A stretch of 64,000 bases of DNA from Geosiphon pyriformis uo1. Taxonomy: Eukaryota > Fungi > Glomeromycota. The first letter of the stretch is position 1; each line of letters begins with the position of its first letter. Positions 1 to 11,699 of the stretch are shown here, one piece after another. The position numbers were made by a program, and so were the translations under genes. The DNA is taken from the NCBI GenBank assembly GCA_016748015.1, contig JAAOMT010000657.1, forward strand, positions 372,001 through 436,000, given 5' to 3'. The notes under the pieces were generated by a model that saw only the letters and a program-made list of their open reading frames with translations, had not been told where the DNA came from and searched no databases.

Positions 1-2138
1 AACCTCAAAATTGCCCTCGAAATCCCAATAGGAGCAATGGTTCAAATTGCCTCCTGGTCCTCTCTGGCAAGCAAAAGAATCAATGTCAGAGGAGAAATAA
101 TCGATACTGGATATACTGGTGACATAACAGTAATATTTCAAAATGAAACCAATAAATCTTTTAAGATCAAACATGCTGAAAAAATTGTTCAAGCTATTTA
201 CCTACTTCTAATCAACATTTCAGGTTTGCAACTAATCAATCAAAGAGAACAATTAGGAAAAAGTGATAGAGGAACCAATGGTTTTGGTTCAACTAGACAA
301 TTCACAGTTTCAGTAAACATCACTCTTAATAAACAAAGTGAATCTCACCAGATTCTACAACTTCCACAACCAATTACTATTTCACTCTTTGGAGAACACT
401 CTGAAATTTATACTTGTAAAAAGCCAATGACCACACAACAAATTTTTGAGTCTAATGAATGAATCTGCTTGGAACATAATATCTCAATCCCAAATATTTA
501 CATCCCAGAAAGAACAAAGAAAGTCTGAGTTACTTTTTACAATCCCAATAATTACTCCATAGTTTTATTAAATAACTTAGAAATTAGAGTTATTTACAGT
601 AATATCTTTCAACAAGAATTACTCCAAACAGTTCCCAATTTCTCTGAAATTATTGGACATTCACTACTAAAAATCAACTCAAACCACAGCTCTGAAAACT
701 ACCATGTTGTCATGGAAAAATTATCTCGAATCAACATGGAACAACTTGAATCACAACAACAAAACCAGCTCAAAGAGCTAATTGCAGAATTTGCTGATAT
801 TTTTGCCGAAAACAACAATAACTTAGGAAGAACCAATTTGGTTCAACACCAAATCTATACAGGAGATGCCAAACCAAGGCAACAACAAGCCTATTGAGTT
901 GCTCCAGAAAGCCACCAATTTATCCAAAAAAAAGTACAACGGATGCTTAACAATAGGCTTATTCAATCATCAATGAGTTCATGGGTCTTACCTGTGGTCC
1001 TAGTTAAAAAAAAATTGGAAAAATATGATTTTATGTTGATTATCGACAACTCAACAGCATCATCATTGGAGATGTTTACCCTCTTCTCTGAATTGATGAC
1101 ATGTTGGATGCCCTTGGAAAGTCCAAATACTTTTCAACATTAGATTTAAAGAGTGGATACTGGCAAGTTGCCATGGATCTCAAAGATTGCCCCAAAACAG
1201 CATTCACCACTCAAGAAAAAAATTATAAGTTCAACATAATGCCTTTTGGATTATGCAATGCACCAGCAACATTCCAAAGACTCATGGATGTTGTTTATAA
1301 AGGCCTTCTTTGGAAATCAGTAGTTGTCTATCTTAATGATACTGATGTTTATTCACCATTTTTTAAATTATACTTAACACACCTGCGAAAAGTTTTTCAA
1401 TGATTATGAAAAGCAGGACTGAAACTGAACATCGAAAAATGCTACTTCGGAAAAACGAATTTGGCCTTTCTTGGCCACATTGTGAGCAAAGATGGAATTA
1501 AACCAGACTCTGGAAAAATCAGCACTGTCAAAAACTTCAAGACTCCACAAAATACCACAGAATTGAGAGGATTTATTGGATTAGCTTCCTATTACCAAAA
1601 ATTCATCAAAGGATTTTCAGAAATCGTAAAACCTCTTAACCAGCTCATTACTAAAAATGTCGAATACAAATGGATGGAAGAACACCAAAAAGCTTTTGAA
1701 ATTTTCAAGGAAAAACTGACAACAGCTCCAATTCTCACCTACTCAGACTTCAGTAACTGATTTTAACTAGCTACAGATGCTTCTTACACTGTCTTTGGTG
1801 CCATCTTATCACAATTAAATAACAATAGAAATGAGCGAGTAATCACTTATGCTAGCAGAACATTAAAACCAGCCGAAAAAAACTATTCTGCCATAGAACT
1901 AGAAACAGCAGCCATAATTTGGGTCCTATACCACTTCAATCTTTATTTCAGGCCTAAAGAATTTGATATTATCACTGATAATATTGGACTTAAATGACTT
2001 CAGAACAAAAACACCCAACTGAACACAAAACAAACCCGATGGACAGAATTTTTAGCCAACTACTGATACATTGTACATCACAAACCAGAAAAACTCTACA
2101 TCAATGTTGATTGTCTCTCAAGAATAAGGCAAGATTAG
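1..2138 (+). pseudogene. pol remnant of copy A: dUTPase, RT, RNase H
   Basis: dUTPase motifs IIDTGYTGDI and SDRGTNGFGST; RT motifs FSTLDLKSGYWQV, MPFGLCNAPATFQR, VYLNDT (degenerate YLDD); RNase H ATDAS...; ends ...CLSRIRQD TAG at 2136-2138. Confidence 0.93.
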
Positions 2139-2187
2139 AAAACAAAACCAACACCCATTTGAATTAACAGCAACAAAACAACAAATA

Positions 2188-3573
2188 ATGAACTCCGAAA
2201 ACTACAACAATCTTAAACAATATCTGGAGACATTAACAATCCCAACAGATTGGTCTCCAGATAAAAAACATTGGTTACAACAACAAGCCAAACAATACTT
2301 CTTACACAATAACATTATTTATTATTGAAACTTCAGAAACTCAGACAGTCTGCTCAGATTAATACAAGAACATGAAAAAGAAACTATTCTATACAACATG
2401 CATTCAGACTCTTCATCAGCACATCAAGGAAAAGACAGCACCACCCAGAGAACACTAGAATATTACTTTTGGCCTTGAATAAAAAAAAACATTCATGAAT
2501 ACATTAAATCTTGTGATAGTTGTCAAAGAAAAGGAGGAACTTGCCCTACAGAACCTTTAAATTTAATCAAAGTTGGACAGCCTTTTGACTGAGTTGGTAT
2601 CAATTTAGTCGGACCACTACCTATCACAAACCAAGAAAACCGTTATATTGCAGTAGTCATAGACTATCTCACTAAATGGCCCGAAGCCAGAGCCATTCAA
2701 CATGCAAATGCAAAATCAGTAGCAAATTTCATTTATAAAGACATTATCTGTAGACACAGATGTCCAATCAAACTTTTATCTGATCAAGGAACACATTTTG
2801 TGAACAATCTAATTTAAGAAATCTGTAAATGATTCAATGTCAAAAGACTTTTGTTTTTGCCCTACCATCCACAGACAAACAGATTTGTGGAACATTTTAA
2901 CAGAATATTGTGTGAGTTATTAGCCAAAGTCTCAACCAATTTTGAGCAAGAATGGGATATCTTTATTCTATCAGTGTTATTAGCATACAGAACACTAAAA
3001 CAAGATACCATAAAACACATACCATTTGATTTAACTTATGGAAGGACAGCATCATTACCAATTAGTTTTACAGTGGAAACATACCCAGCACAACCAATCA
3101 ATAAAAACAATTTCCAGGAAACACTTCAATGAAAAGCCTACACTCTACTTAGCATATTAGAAGGAAAACGAGGAATAGCAGCCACCCATATTGAACACTC
3201 CCAAGCTTAACAAAAGGAATGGCATGACAACAAATTGTCTTCAGTCACCAATGAATTTAAAGTTGGAAACAAAGTTCTCTTACACAGAACTAAAGCAGAA
3301 AAACAATGGAGTAGAAAATTTGAAAATAAATAGGATGGGCCATTTTTTATCCATGAAGTTCTAGACAACGGATCATACATACTAAGACTTAATAACAAAA
3401 TCCTAACAAAAGTTGCACATGTAAATCGTTTGAAACACTATAATTCCAAAAACAATCCTGAAACATTAATTCCACAAATTGGTACACATTCTTCTTTAAT
3501 CAATCTTGAAGATATTCTCTGAAACTTAGAACCAATAGTTGTTATTGAACAACCCCCCAACTTGAACACTTAA
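2188..3573 (+). pseudogene. integrase ORF of copy A (separate frame, own ATG)
   Basis: HHCC (MHSD..AH..SCDSC), degenerate DDE motifs (GINLVGPL, SDQGTHF, PQTNRFVEHFN), GPF module; in-frame stops. Confidence 0.9.
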
Positions 3574-3718
3574 TTTCAATTTTACTATAGTCATTCCCTT
3601 ATAATTTAGAAAAAATGTTACAACAAAAACAAAACAAAGCATGCTGAAAAACAAAAATAACATAAAAACCTACATACCAAAAATAATTTCAATCTATTTT
3701 CTTACCCAAATTTTTATA

Positions 3719-4438
3719 ATGATGATCCCTCAAAATATTTAACAAATATCTCAAAAATTAATGCTAGCTTTAAAGACAATACCTGAATTATCTATCATTA
3801 TTACAGGAAAACATATTAATTATATCCAAACAGAAATAATTGCCAGTTTAGCCCCAAATTCACAAAATTATTACCCCTACAAAAAAAACACAAGAAGTTA
3901 TTCTGGAATTCATCTACCAGAACTTTTGAAGCTTGCTTTAAGAGAAAATTTAATGCTCACTCCTATTAGTATTCCACCAAATGCTACTATTCAACAAAAA
4001 CTTCAACTGTGTCTTAATAAAAAAAACCACAACTATACTCCAATATATAGATATTTCTACATTGGAAAAACACTTCACGAACAAAAACAGAAGCTTACAG
4101 CAGCAAACCTCACAAAAAAAGCTATTCAGAAACAACTCCACAATGAATTCAAAACAATAATTAGACCTACAAACAGTTACTATAAACTAAGAGCTGCTCT
4201 TAGACTTTATGACCTATTTCACACCTGTAAAAACGTCCTACAAAACCCAATTTTACAACCTTTGAAGATTCAATATATTAGAAAGCTCACAGAACTGAAA
4301 TTTCAACAATTTTCAGACCAAATTTCTTCAATAATTTTGGATTATTATCTGAAAATTACAGACAGTACTTGGACTTTGACGGAGCTCAGTCTTGAGGAGG
4401 AGGTTATGTTACCAAACAAAATTAGAGATATTATTTAG
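3719..4438 (+). pseudogene. ORF3 of copy A (unknown protein, env position)
   Basis: 225-aa open frame 3761-4438, extended to ATG 3719 by one TAA that is CAA in the other copy; homologous to 43239-43958. Confidence 0.8.
4394..4403 (+). other. polypurine tract of copy A
   Basis: GAGGAGGAGG 3 nt before the LTR TG. Confidence 0.85.
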
Positions 4439-5388
4439 CATGAAATTATCTTTATAATTCCTATCATTAATTAACATATATTATCATTTCAAATTATCAC
4501 TTATTACATTAGCAAAAATGTCTGAAATTATCACTTAATTAATAACCCAATTTGTACATAACACAAATATAACCTAATTGTGATGATCAATCATGCAATA
4601 TACTGAACTATGTAACATTCAAAAAGTTCACCAAAATTTGTAAAAATTTACCAAAATAATTGATAGTTCATTAAAATATCTAATAGTTTACAGAAATAAC
4701 TTGTAGTTCACTAAAATGTATCTCTAGTTCAGCGAAATTAAAGAAAATAGCAAAGTTCAAGTTCATAGAATAGTGTTATGACAAGTTGTATAAAAGAAGA
4801 GCTTCTCTCTTCGAGAAAATGTATCTTACTTCAGATTTAACAATTAGAATCATCTTTTATACACAAAAACAAAATAAACATCAAATAATTTGAAAAGCCA
4901 AATTTTTTAAATTATTGCACTTGGAAAATTCTCAAAACCCAACTAACGTTTTGAAATTGATTAGCTACCAATTTCAATAAACTGTTAGTGACTCTAGACC
5001 TGGATCAAAAACAATTTCCTTGACAAAATTCAATTTTCTTTTACATTTTTTTTATTTTTCTTTTATTTTCTTATCATAATCATTAGAGTAATCTACTAAC
5101 AAAATTCCTGTAGAAAAGTTGACTTTCACAGCAAAGTAACTACACATTTTTAGTGAGCTTCCAGACGAGCAATTCCTGGGAAAGAGTTAACATTTACTAC
5201 AATGTAACTACACAAGTAACTGGCATGGAATTGGCCATTCCACTTATAAGCCCAGCAGTTCAAATTATAGAAGATAATTTAAAGATAAATTCAGTTACTG
5301 GAGGTTTAATTACATCCAGAAAACGTAAATTTACAGCAAACAAGCATCAACAACATTTAGAAAAAGAGACCAAAAATCTCCAGTAATA
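4407..5388 (+). repeat. 3' LTR of copy A
   Basis: Starts TGTTACCA, ends CAGTAATA (mutated CGGTAACA); homologous to the other LTR copies in the window. Confidence 0.93.
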
Positions 5389-6825
5389 CTGTCTTTGGAG
5401 TGGTTGATATCTTTGGAGTTGCTGTTGTTGTTGGTTGGTGAAATAGTTTTCGACTTTTTTTGTGAGTTGGTCAATTTTCTCTTCAGCTGCTGAGCTGGTC
5501 TCTCCAATGGCTAAGTTTACGAGTTTTATATGATTGGCTTTTTTCATGACCATTTTATATCTTTTTGCATGCTGAATGGCAGAGTTTAAATCTTCTAGGG
5601 CATGTGGGCAAACTTTTTTAATCAGTTTATCTTTTAAACCAGCGATAAATTAATCCAAGATTTGAGCATTAGAATAATAATCATTAGTTTCAAGTTGGCG
5701 AATTTGTCTGAAAAGTTTGTTGAATTTCCCAATATAAGTCATGACAGATTCGAAGGGTTCTTGTTTGATATTGCAAAAATGATTTCAAAGTGTGATTGAG
5801 GTGTTGTTATCTGTGAATTGTTCTAAGAAGACAGTTTTGAAAGCTGTCTAGTCATTAAAAAGGGTGGTCAAGTTTTCGAACCATTTGCCTGCTGTTCCTT
5901 TGAGAAAGTAGGGAATTGTTCTTAACATTTTGGCAGCATTCCATCCATTTGCATCTCCAGCTTTAGTAACTTGGTCGAGCCATTCTTGAAGACTGGTCTC
6001 AATGTCTTCTCCATTAAATTCAGAGATTTTTGCGATGTATGCTGTCATTTTGTTTTCTTCATTTTCACTGTCTATTGATTCTTCTTCAGATATTTCAGAG
6101 TCGTTTTCTTTGTTTGCTATTGTCTCAGAGTGTTCACTTTGATTTTCAGCTAGAAAGTCAAGGAGATTGGAACTAGTTTGAAGGGGTTTTTGTTGTTTGG
6201 TGGGACTTCTGGGTGATGTAAAATCTTCTAGTCTTGCAAATCAATTTAAGGGTGAATTAGGTGTTTGTGCTTGTGCAAGTAAAGCTGGAAAAGGAGTAAT
6301 AGTAAGTGGGAGTTTTGAACTGGTTCTTTGTTTAGGTGTTTGTAAGTGTTTGGCAGTTGTTTTTGGTAGTCTTAGAGTATTTGGAGTGGTTTTTGAGTAT
6401 TGCTTCAATTTTTGTTTGCCTTTGTTGCTTGTTTCTGTCTCTGATTTAAAATCAATAGAGTATTGAGACTGTACTGAATATGTTTCTTCACAGTACTTGA
6501 TAATGTTAAAATTAAGTTCTTAAAAGTAAGTGGCAAGTGTTTCACTGTTAAGGTTTTCAGTTTCCAACTGTGAATAGTGTACTAAATTATTGTAAAAGTT
6601 GCTTCTAACTTCTGAGATATTGTAATTTCCAAAAAGATAATTGTTGATGTGATTTTCAATATATTGGTATACTGATTTCTTAACAACTTCAATTCCGTTT
6701 GGAATGTTGAATCTTTGCTTGCAGTGGGTGTAAATTGGCTGGTAATACTCTAGAGTTGTTGCATCTGGTGTAATCGCCACTTTGAAGTTGTTTTTGCTGT
6801 GTTGTTTCTGTAGGAGAGCATCAAA
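5389..6825 (-). pseudogene. gag remnant of copy B
   Basis: ORFs 6520-6780, 5848-6048 and 5347-5553 match gag of the full copy (36005-37147). Confidence 0.88.
6812..6823 (-). other. putative tRNA primer-binding site (degenerate)
   Basis: Minus strand reads LTR end-TT-TGATGCTCTCCT; restoring one G>A gives TGGTGCTCTCC, complementary to a tRNA ending ...GAGAGCACCA. tRNA not identified; the same site in the full copy is in an N gap. Confidence 0.45.
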
Positions 6826-7807
6826 TATTACCGGGGGTTTTTTGGTCTCTTCTTAGCTTTTGTATGTTTGTTGTAATGTTGTTAATTCATGACTATGGAA
6901 AGTGTTTGAACCTCCGATAACTGAATTTTATCTTCAAATTATCTCCTATAATTTGAATTGCTGGGCTTATAAGTGGAATAGCCAATTCTGTGCCAGTTAC
7001 TTGTGTAGTTACGTTGTAGTAAACATCAACTCTTTCCCAGGAATTGCTTGTCTAGAAGCTTACTAAAAATGTGTAGTTACTTTGCTGTGAAAATCAACTC
7101 TTCTATAGAAATCTCGTCTGTAGGCTACCCTAATGACTGTAATAAGAAAAGAAAAGAAAAATAAAAGAAATATAAAAGAAATAAGATTTTATCAAGGGAA
7201 ATGTTTTCTATCCAGGCCTGGAATAACTAGCAGTTTACTGAAATTGGTAGCTAATTAATTTCAAAACATTAGTTGGGTTTTGGGGATTTTTCAAGTGCAA
7301 TAATTCAAGAATTTGGTTTTTCAATTTATTTGATATTTTTTTTTTTTGTGTGTATATAGGAATAGTTCTAAGTGATAAATCTAAAGTAAAATACATTTTC
7401 TCGAAAAAAGAAGCTTTTCTTTTATACAACTTGTCATAACACTATTCTATGAACTTGAACTTTGCTATTTTCTACAATTTTGCTGAACTAAAGATACATT
7501 TCGGTGAACTACAAGTTATTTTTGCAAACTATTAGATATTTCAGTGAACTATCAATTATTTTGGCAAATTTCTACAAATTTCGGCGAACTTTTTGAATGT
7601 TACATAGTTCAGAGTATTGCATGATTGATCATCACAATTAAGTTACATTTATGTTATGTGCAAATTGGGTTATTAATTAACTGATAATTTCAGACATTTT
7701 GCTAATGTAATAAGTGATAATTTAAAACGATAATATATGCTAATTAACAATAAGAATTATAAAGATAATTTCATGCTAAATAATATCTCTAATTTTGTCT
7801 GGTAACA
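6826..7807 (-). repeat. 5' LTR of copy B
   Basis: Minus strand begins TGTTACCAGA at 7807 and ends CCGGTAATA at 6826. Confidence 0.92.
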
Positions 7808-9920
7808 CCATCGAACTTGTCGACAATCCAGAGGCAAATCCTCTCCCTCAGTTTTAACTCCATAAAAATAGAAATAAAATTGTTCATGTTCTTGTGCCAA
7901 TGAATGATATCCTTCTGCTTTGCAGAATTGTTCATTCCTTTAACATTACAAGTAACAACTCTTCATATTAGATTATTTATTAAGAAGAGGGTTGAAGAAA
8001 CACACCACCAGCTAGAACCATGCTATTTATGTGAACAGACAAACTCAGTATCAAGGCAGAGAGTTCCTTTAACAGTTTACCCAATTTAATTACTTTAGGA
8101 GAGACAGACGAACCCAAAGCCACAGCAATATCACCACTTGTGGAATCACCCGAACTCTTTCTCATCACTATATTGCCCACCTGATTCTGTGATGGGGAAG
8201 TTACTGGCAGCTGACATCCAAAGCTAGGCTGGGAAACTGCTGGCATAAGTGACTCCAACCTCTTAACCAACTCATCAATTTGTTCTGTGAGGCTGATAAT
8301 ACTGCTCTTAATGTTAATGAAACATAATTTTAATACATTTACAATAGGCAAAGGAGGTTTTACTTCCGAAGGGGAACCAGACTTAACTGAACCAATATAA
8401 CCAAAAAGGAGAGAGAAAGAAAGTCTACTGACAATATTTGCCCACAAAGCACCACCAAAAGCAACTGGTCAGGTAATTGAAACTGAATGTTTGGCATAAA
8501 TCATAGCCAGTCTGCTTTTATCAGCTTCTGAGAACACTTTACGTAGTAAACTATTAGAAAAAATTTTCCCATCATCCACACAGCTCAAAGATGTATGGCC
8601 TAATTTCTCACACTTAGCACATTTTGATGAAACCAAGCTAGACCAGTGCAAGTTAGTGCCCCTTAAAACCGGTGTGGTTCTTATAACAGCATCCAATAAT
8701 TCAGTAAAGTCAAAACTGATAGTAGTGCACCTAACCCGAGCATAACTAACTGGATGATGGTCAATAATACAAGTTCTTCCACTCATAGATTAGACATAAT
8801 CCCAAATGTTATGGACATTTGTTTCTACCAGTAGGGTGTACAATAAGGCTCTGTGAACATCTCTCTTATCCCAAGATTTTTTGTCTTTGTCTGTTTTAGC
8901 AACATGTACTGCATCTTTCCTAATAAGGATGGACCACTCAGCTGTGACCAAATTAGCATGATCCAATTGTTCAAATTCTATCAAAGCTTTTTGCCAAAGC
9001 CTCACCAATTGCATTTTAATCGACTTAATAATTTTAAATATGGATAGTGCAGCATACACAGCCTCAGTTGACATTCTAACTGGAATTTTTTTCATCACCA
9101 CAGCTCAATTTGAACGCCTAGATGATTTTTTAAGATTGGTGTTAATTAAGATTTTTGCATCAGCAGCCTTTTTAGATGCCTGCACCAAACTTGATTCAGA
9201 AATGAATGTTGTCTGGATGATCTCAGAGAATTTTGAGGGGGTAGAGGCCCTCCCAAAACCATAGATACCTGAAAACATTTTCCTGATCACTAAACATTTT
9301 TCATGAAAATTTTTTCTAGAAATTTTATCTAGCCCAATATTCAAAGCAAAAGACTTGTGAACAGAAACGTTGACCACCTTTTTTAGAGGAAAAAGGAAAT
9401 CCACAGGCACATCTGAAAGAATATTATTATCAAAACTACCAGCTGAGAAGTTAATTTTACCCAGAGGCTTGTCCAACACTTTTATAGTCTTAATTTTAGA
9501 ACCTGTAGGTGTTTGATTAGGGTTTTTACCAGCAAGAGCTCCACCATTATTATAATCAAAACTGGTCTTCTCAACCAGACACTTTTTTTCCATGTTGATA
9601 CTGTCAGACTCAGTGGTATCACCAGCCTCCGACCTCCAAAAACGATAACTTTGCACATTAGAAACAATCTTCTCACCACTAGAACCATCTTCTAAAACAC
9701 CGCCCCTTCTTTTCTTTCTTGGGAGAACAGTTTTAAAACCAGCATCAAAACCAGAACCTTTAGCAGTCTTTTTCATGACAGCAATACTACAGCCAACAGT
9801 GGCCTTGTAGTCAAGAATAAAAGATTTAGATTTATCATACTGAATTGTAAAAAAACTTCTTTCAAAAAATTTTCTGCCTCTTTTTTGGGGGTTTTTTAGA
9901 CGAAAGAGAGAAAGAAGTTT
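7808..9920 (-). mobile_element. LINE relic A (5' UTR, ORF1, start of ORF2 APE endonuclease), cut by Gypsy copy B
   Basis: ORF1 pieces 9105-9776, 8790-9101, 8469-8786, 7980-8447 with RRM-like segments and a CCHC-type knuckle (CAKCEKLGHTSLSC); then APE start ...TCNVKGMNNSAKQKDIIHWH...WIVDKFDG; 5' boundary approximate. Confidence 0.88.
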
Positions 9921-9929
9921 TTATTACTC

Positions 9930-11070
9930 TCCAAATAACAGTTTATATGATTTTGCTGATATATTAAATGCAAAACTTGAAAATAAGACAGAATAAAATC
10001 GTTTTTTTGAATATTATATACTCTTATTTTGTATAAAAATTATGTCAGTTGGTTATAATTTCTTTCTTAAAATCAATAAACAAATAACTCAATACCTTAT
10101 GTTTTATATTTTATCTATAAAACATTTAGAAATAGCACAATGCCTATACTTTATTATAAGTCAATTATTATTAAATATCAATACTTATAATAAGATAAGA
10201 GAATTTATTTTCTAGTGTACTTTTTCAAGTTATTTATTTAACAACATTTTAATATTTAAGATTTTAGTTTTAATATAATAAGTAATTTTATTGAGAATCT
10301 GTATGACATAAAACAAATCTTATTGAAATCAATAATTGTTAAAGTCAATGAAAAAAACATCAAAAAAATATAGAAAGTTACATATTTATAACCAAAAAAC
10401 AGTAAACATTTATATTTCATTATAATTATTGATTCTGTTTCTTATATTTGTTTATATTTATCTAATATATTTCATAGTATTGTTTGTTTTCATTATTTTC
10501 AAGTAATATTATATTCAAAAATTGCAGAGTTTTATATTCAAATGATACTTTTACAATAGTATACTAATAAAAAAAGAAACAATAATTTAATTACTAAAGC
10601 TTTTTGCTTTGTGAATTAAGAAGCTACAAAAATTTTTTTTAATGAAATAGTAATCATTAATTCTTTAACTATATCTAAGACTATTACTAATGTTTTATGT
10701 CTTGCAATACAGAGAAAACAAAAATATGGTAAAGTGTAAAAACTTACATGACAAGCTGTTTAACTTGCTATTAAACATAACAATAATAATAATATAATAA
10801 TATAATTAAGGCAATTTATTGGTCAACATAAAAAAATAGTGCCTATATTTCAAAATCAAGACCAAATCCTGAAAAACAATCAAGTTAATAATGTCAATAA
10901 AAAAAATAAGCTTGAACAAATTAAAAATCTATTAATATTATAACATAAAAAATGCTTAGAAACCAAACATTATAAGTCTATTACTAAAAAAAAAAACTAT
11001 GCATAAAATACACTTGTAGTAAATGTAGTTTTTTTAGAATACAATAATACAAGATGTTAAAATTAAGTAA
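9930..11070 (+). pseudogene. MULE/FAR1-type transposase relic (SWIM finger and C-terminal zinc knuckle)
   Basis: About 10410-10570 reads as eroded HFIIIIDSVSYIC.C.SNI..GIVC.HYFQV..(SWIM CxC..CxH); about 11010-11060 reads YTCSKC...(GHN)..RC; boundaries approximate. Confidence 0.65.
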
Positions 11071-11699
11071 GATTTAGTCAATTATTTGTTTATTTTTTAC
11101 TTTGTAATAATTAAATATTGTATTTATTTCTTAATTTGTTTAATAAAAATAAACAATACATATCATTATTACATATTATTTTTTTAAAATTTAATAAAAT
11201 TTTCGATTCTAATTAAAGCTATTTTTAAGGTTGTTTTATGTAACAAATTGTTATAACTAGATTTATCCAAATAATATATTGTGGTTTTTATTAAAAAAAC
11301 AAAAATTAAAATAATTTAATAATAATAATAATAATAAATTAAGTCTAAAAAACACATAATATTAATACAAATTTTAATTTAAAATATTTTAAATAAATAC
11401 TAATAGTTTTAAAGTTTTATTTTTTTATTAAAATATATTTAAAAATAGCATTAAAAATTTTAACAATTATGATATAATTTGTATTAAAATCTAATTTAGC
11501 AAAAAAAAATCAATTCAAAAAAAAATATTTAATACAAAATATATAAAAAATATTATTATTATGCTATAAAATAATTTAAAAAAAACTTATAAAATTGAAT
11601 TAAAAAAAATAATACAAATTATATCTTTGTTTTTAATTAAAATAATTTAGTTAATTTTAATAAAAACAAAAAAAATTTTCTATTACTTTTATAAACAAA

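Larger units (their letters stand above)
1..5388 (+). mobile_element. Ty3/Gypsy LTR retrotransposon, copy A (3' portion; 5' part lies outside the window)
   Basis: dUTPase, RT, RNase H, integrase, ORF3, PPT and 3' LTR in order; colinear with the full copy at 34866-44909; many stops from C>T/G>A changes. Confidence 0.96.
5389..7807 (-). mobile_element. Ty3/Gypsy copy B (5' LTR + gag), interrupted within gag by copy A
   Basis: Minus-strand gag (MTAYIAKISEFNGEDIET...IPYFLKGTAGKWF) ends abruptly at copy A's LTR end; LTR at 6826-7807. Confidence 0.93.

Noticed and set aside
6812-7430. Tf1-type self-priming between PBS and LTR
   Set aside because: Only a short AGAGC match near the TATA-like box; a TGG-type tRNA PBS is more parsimonious
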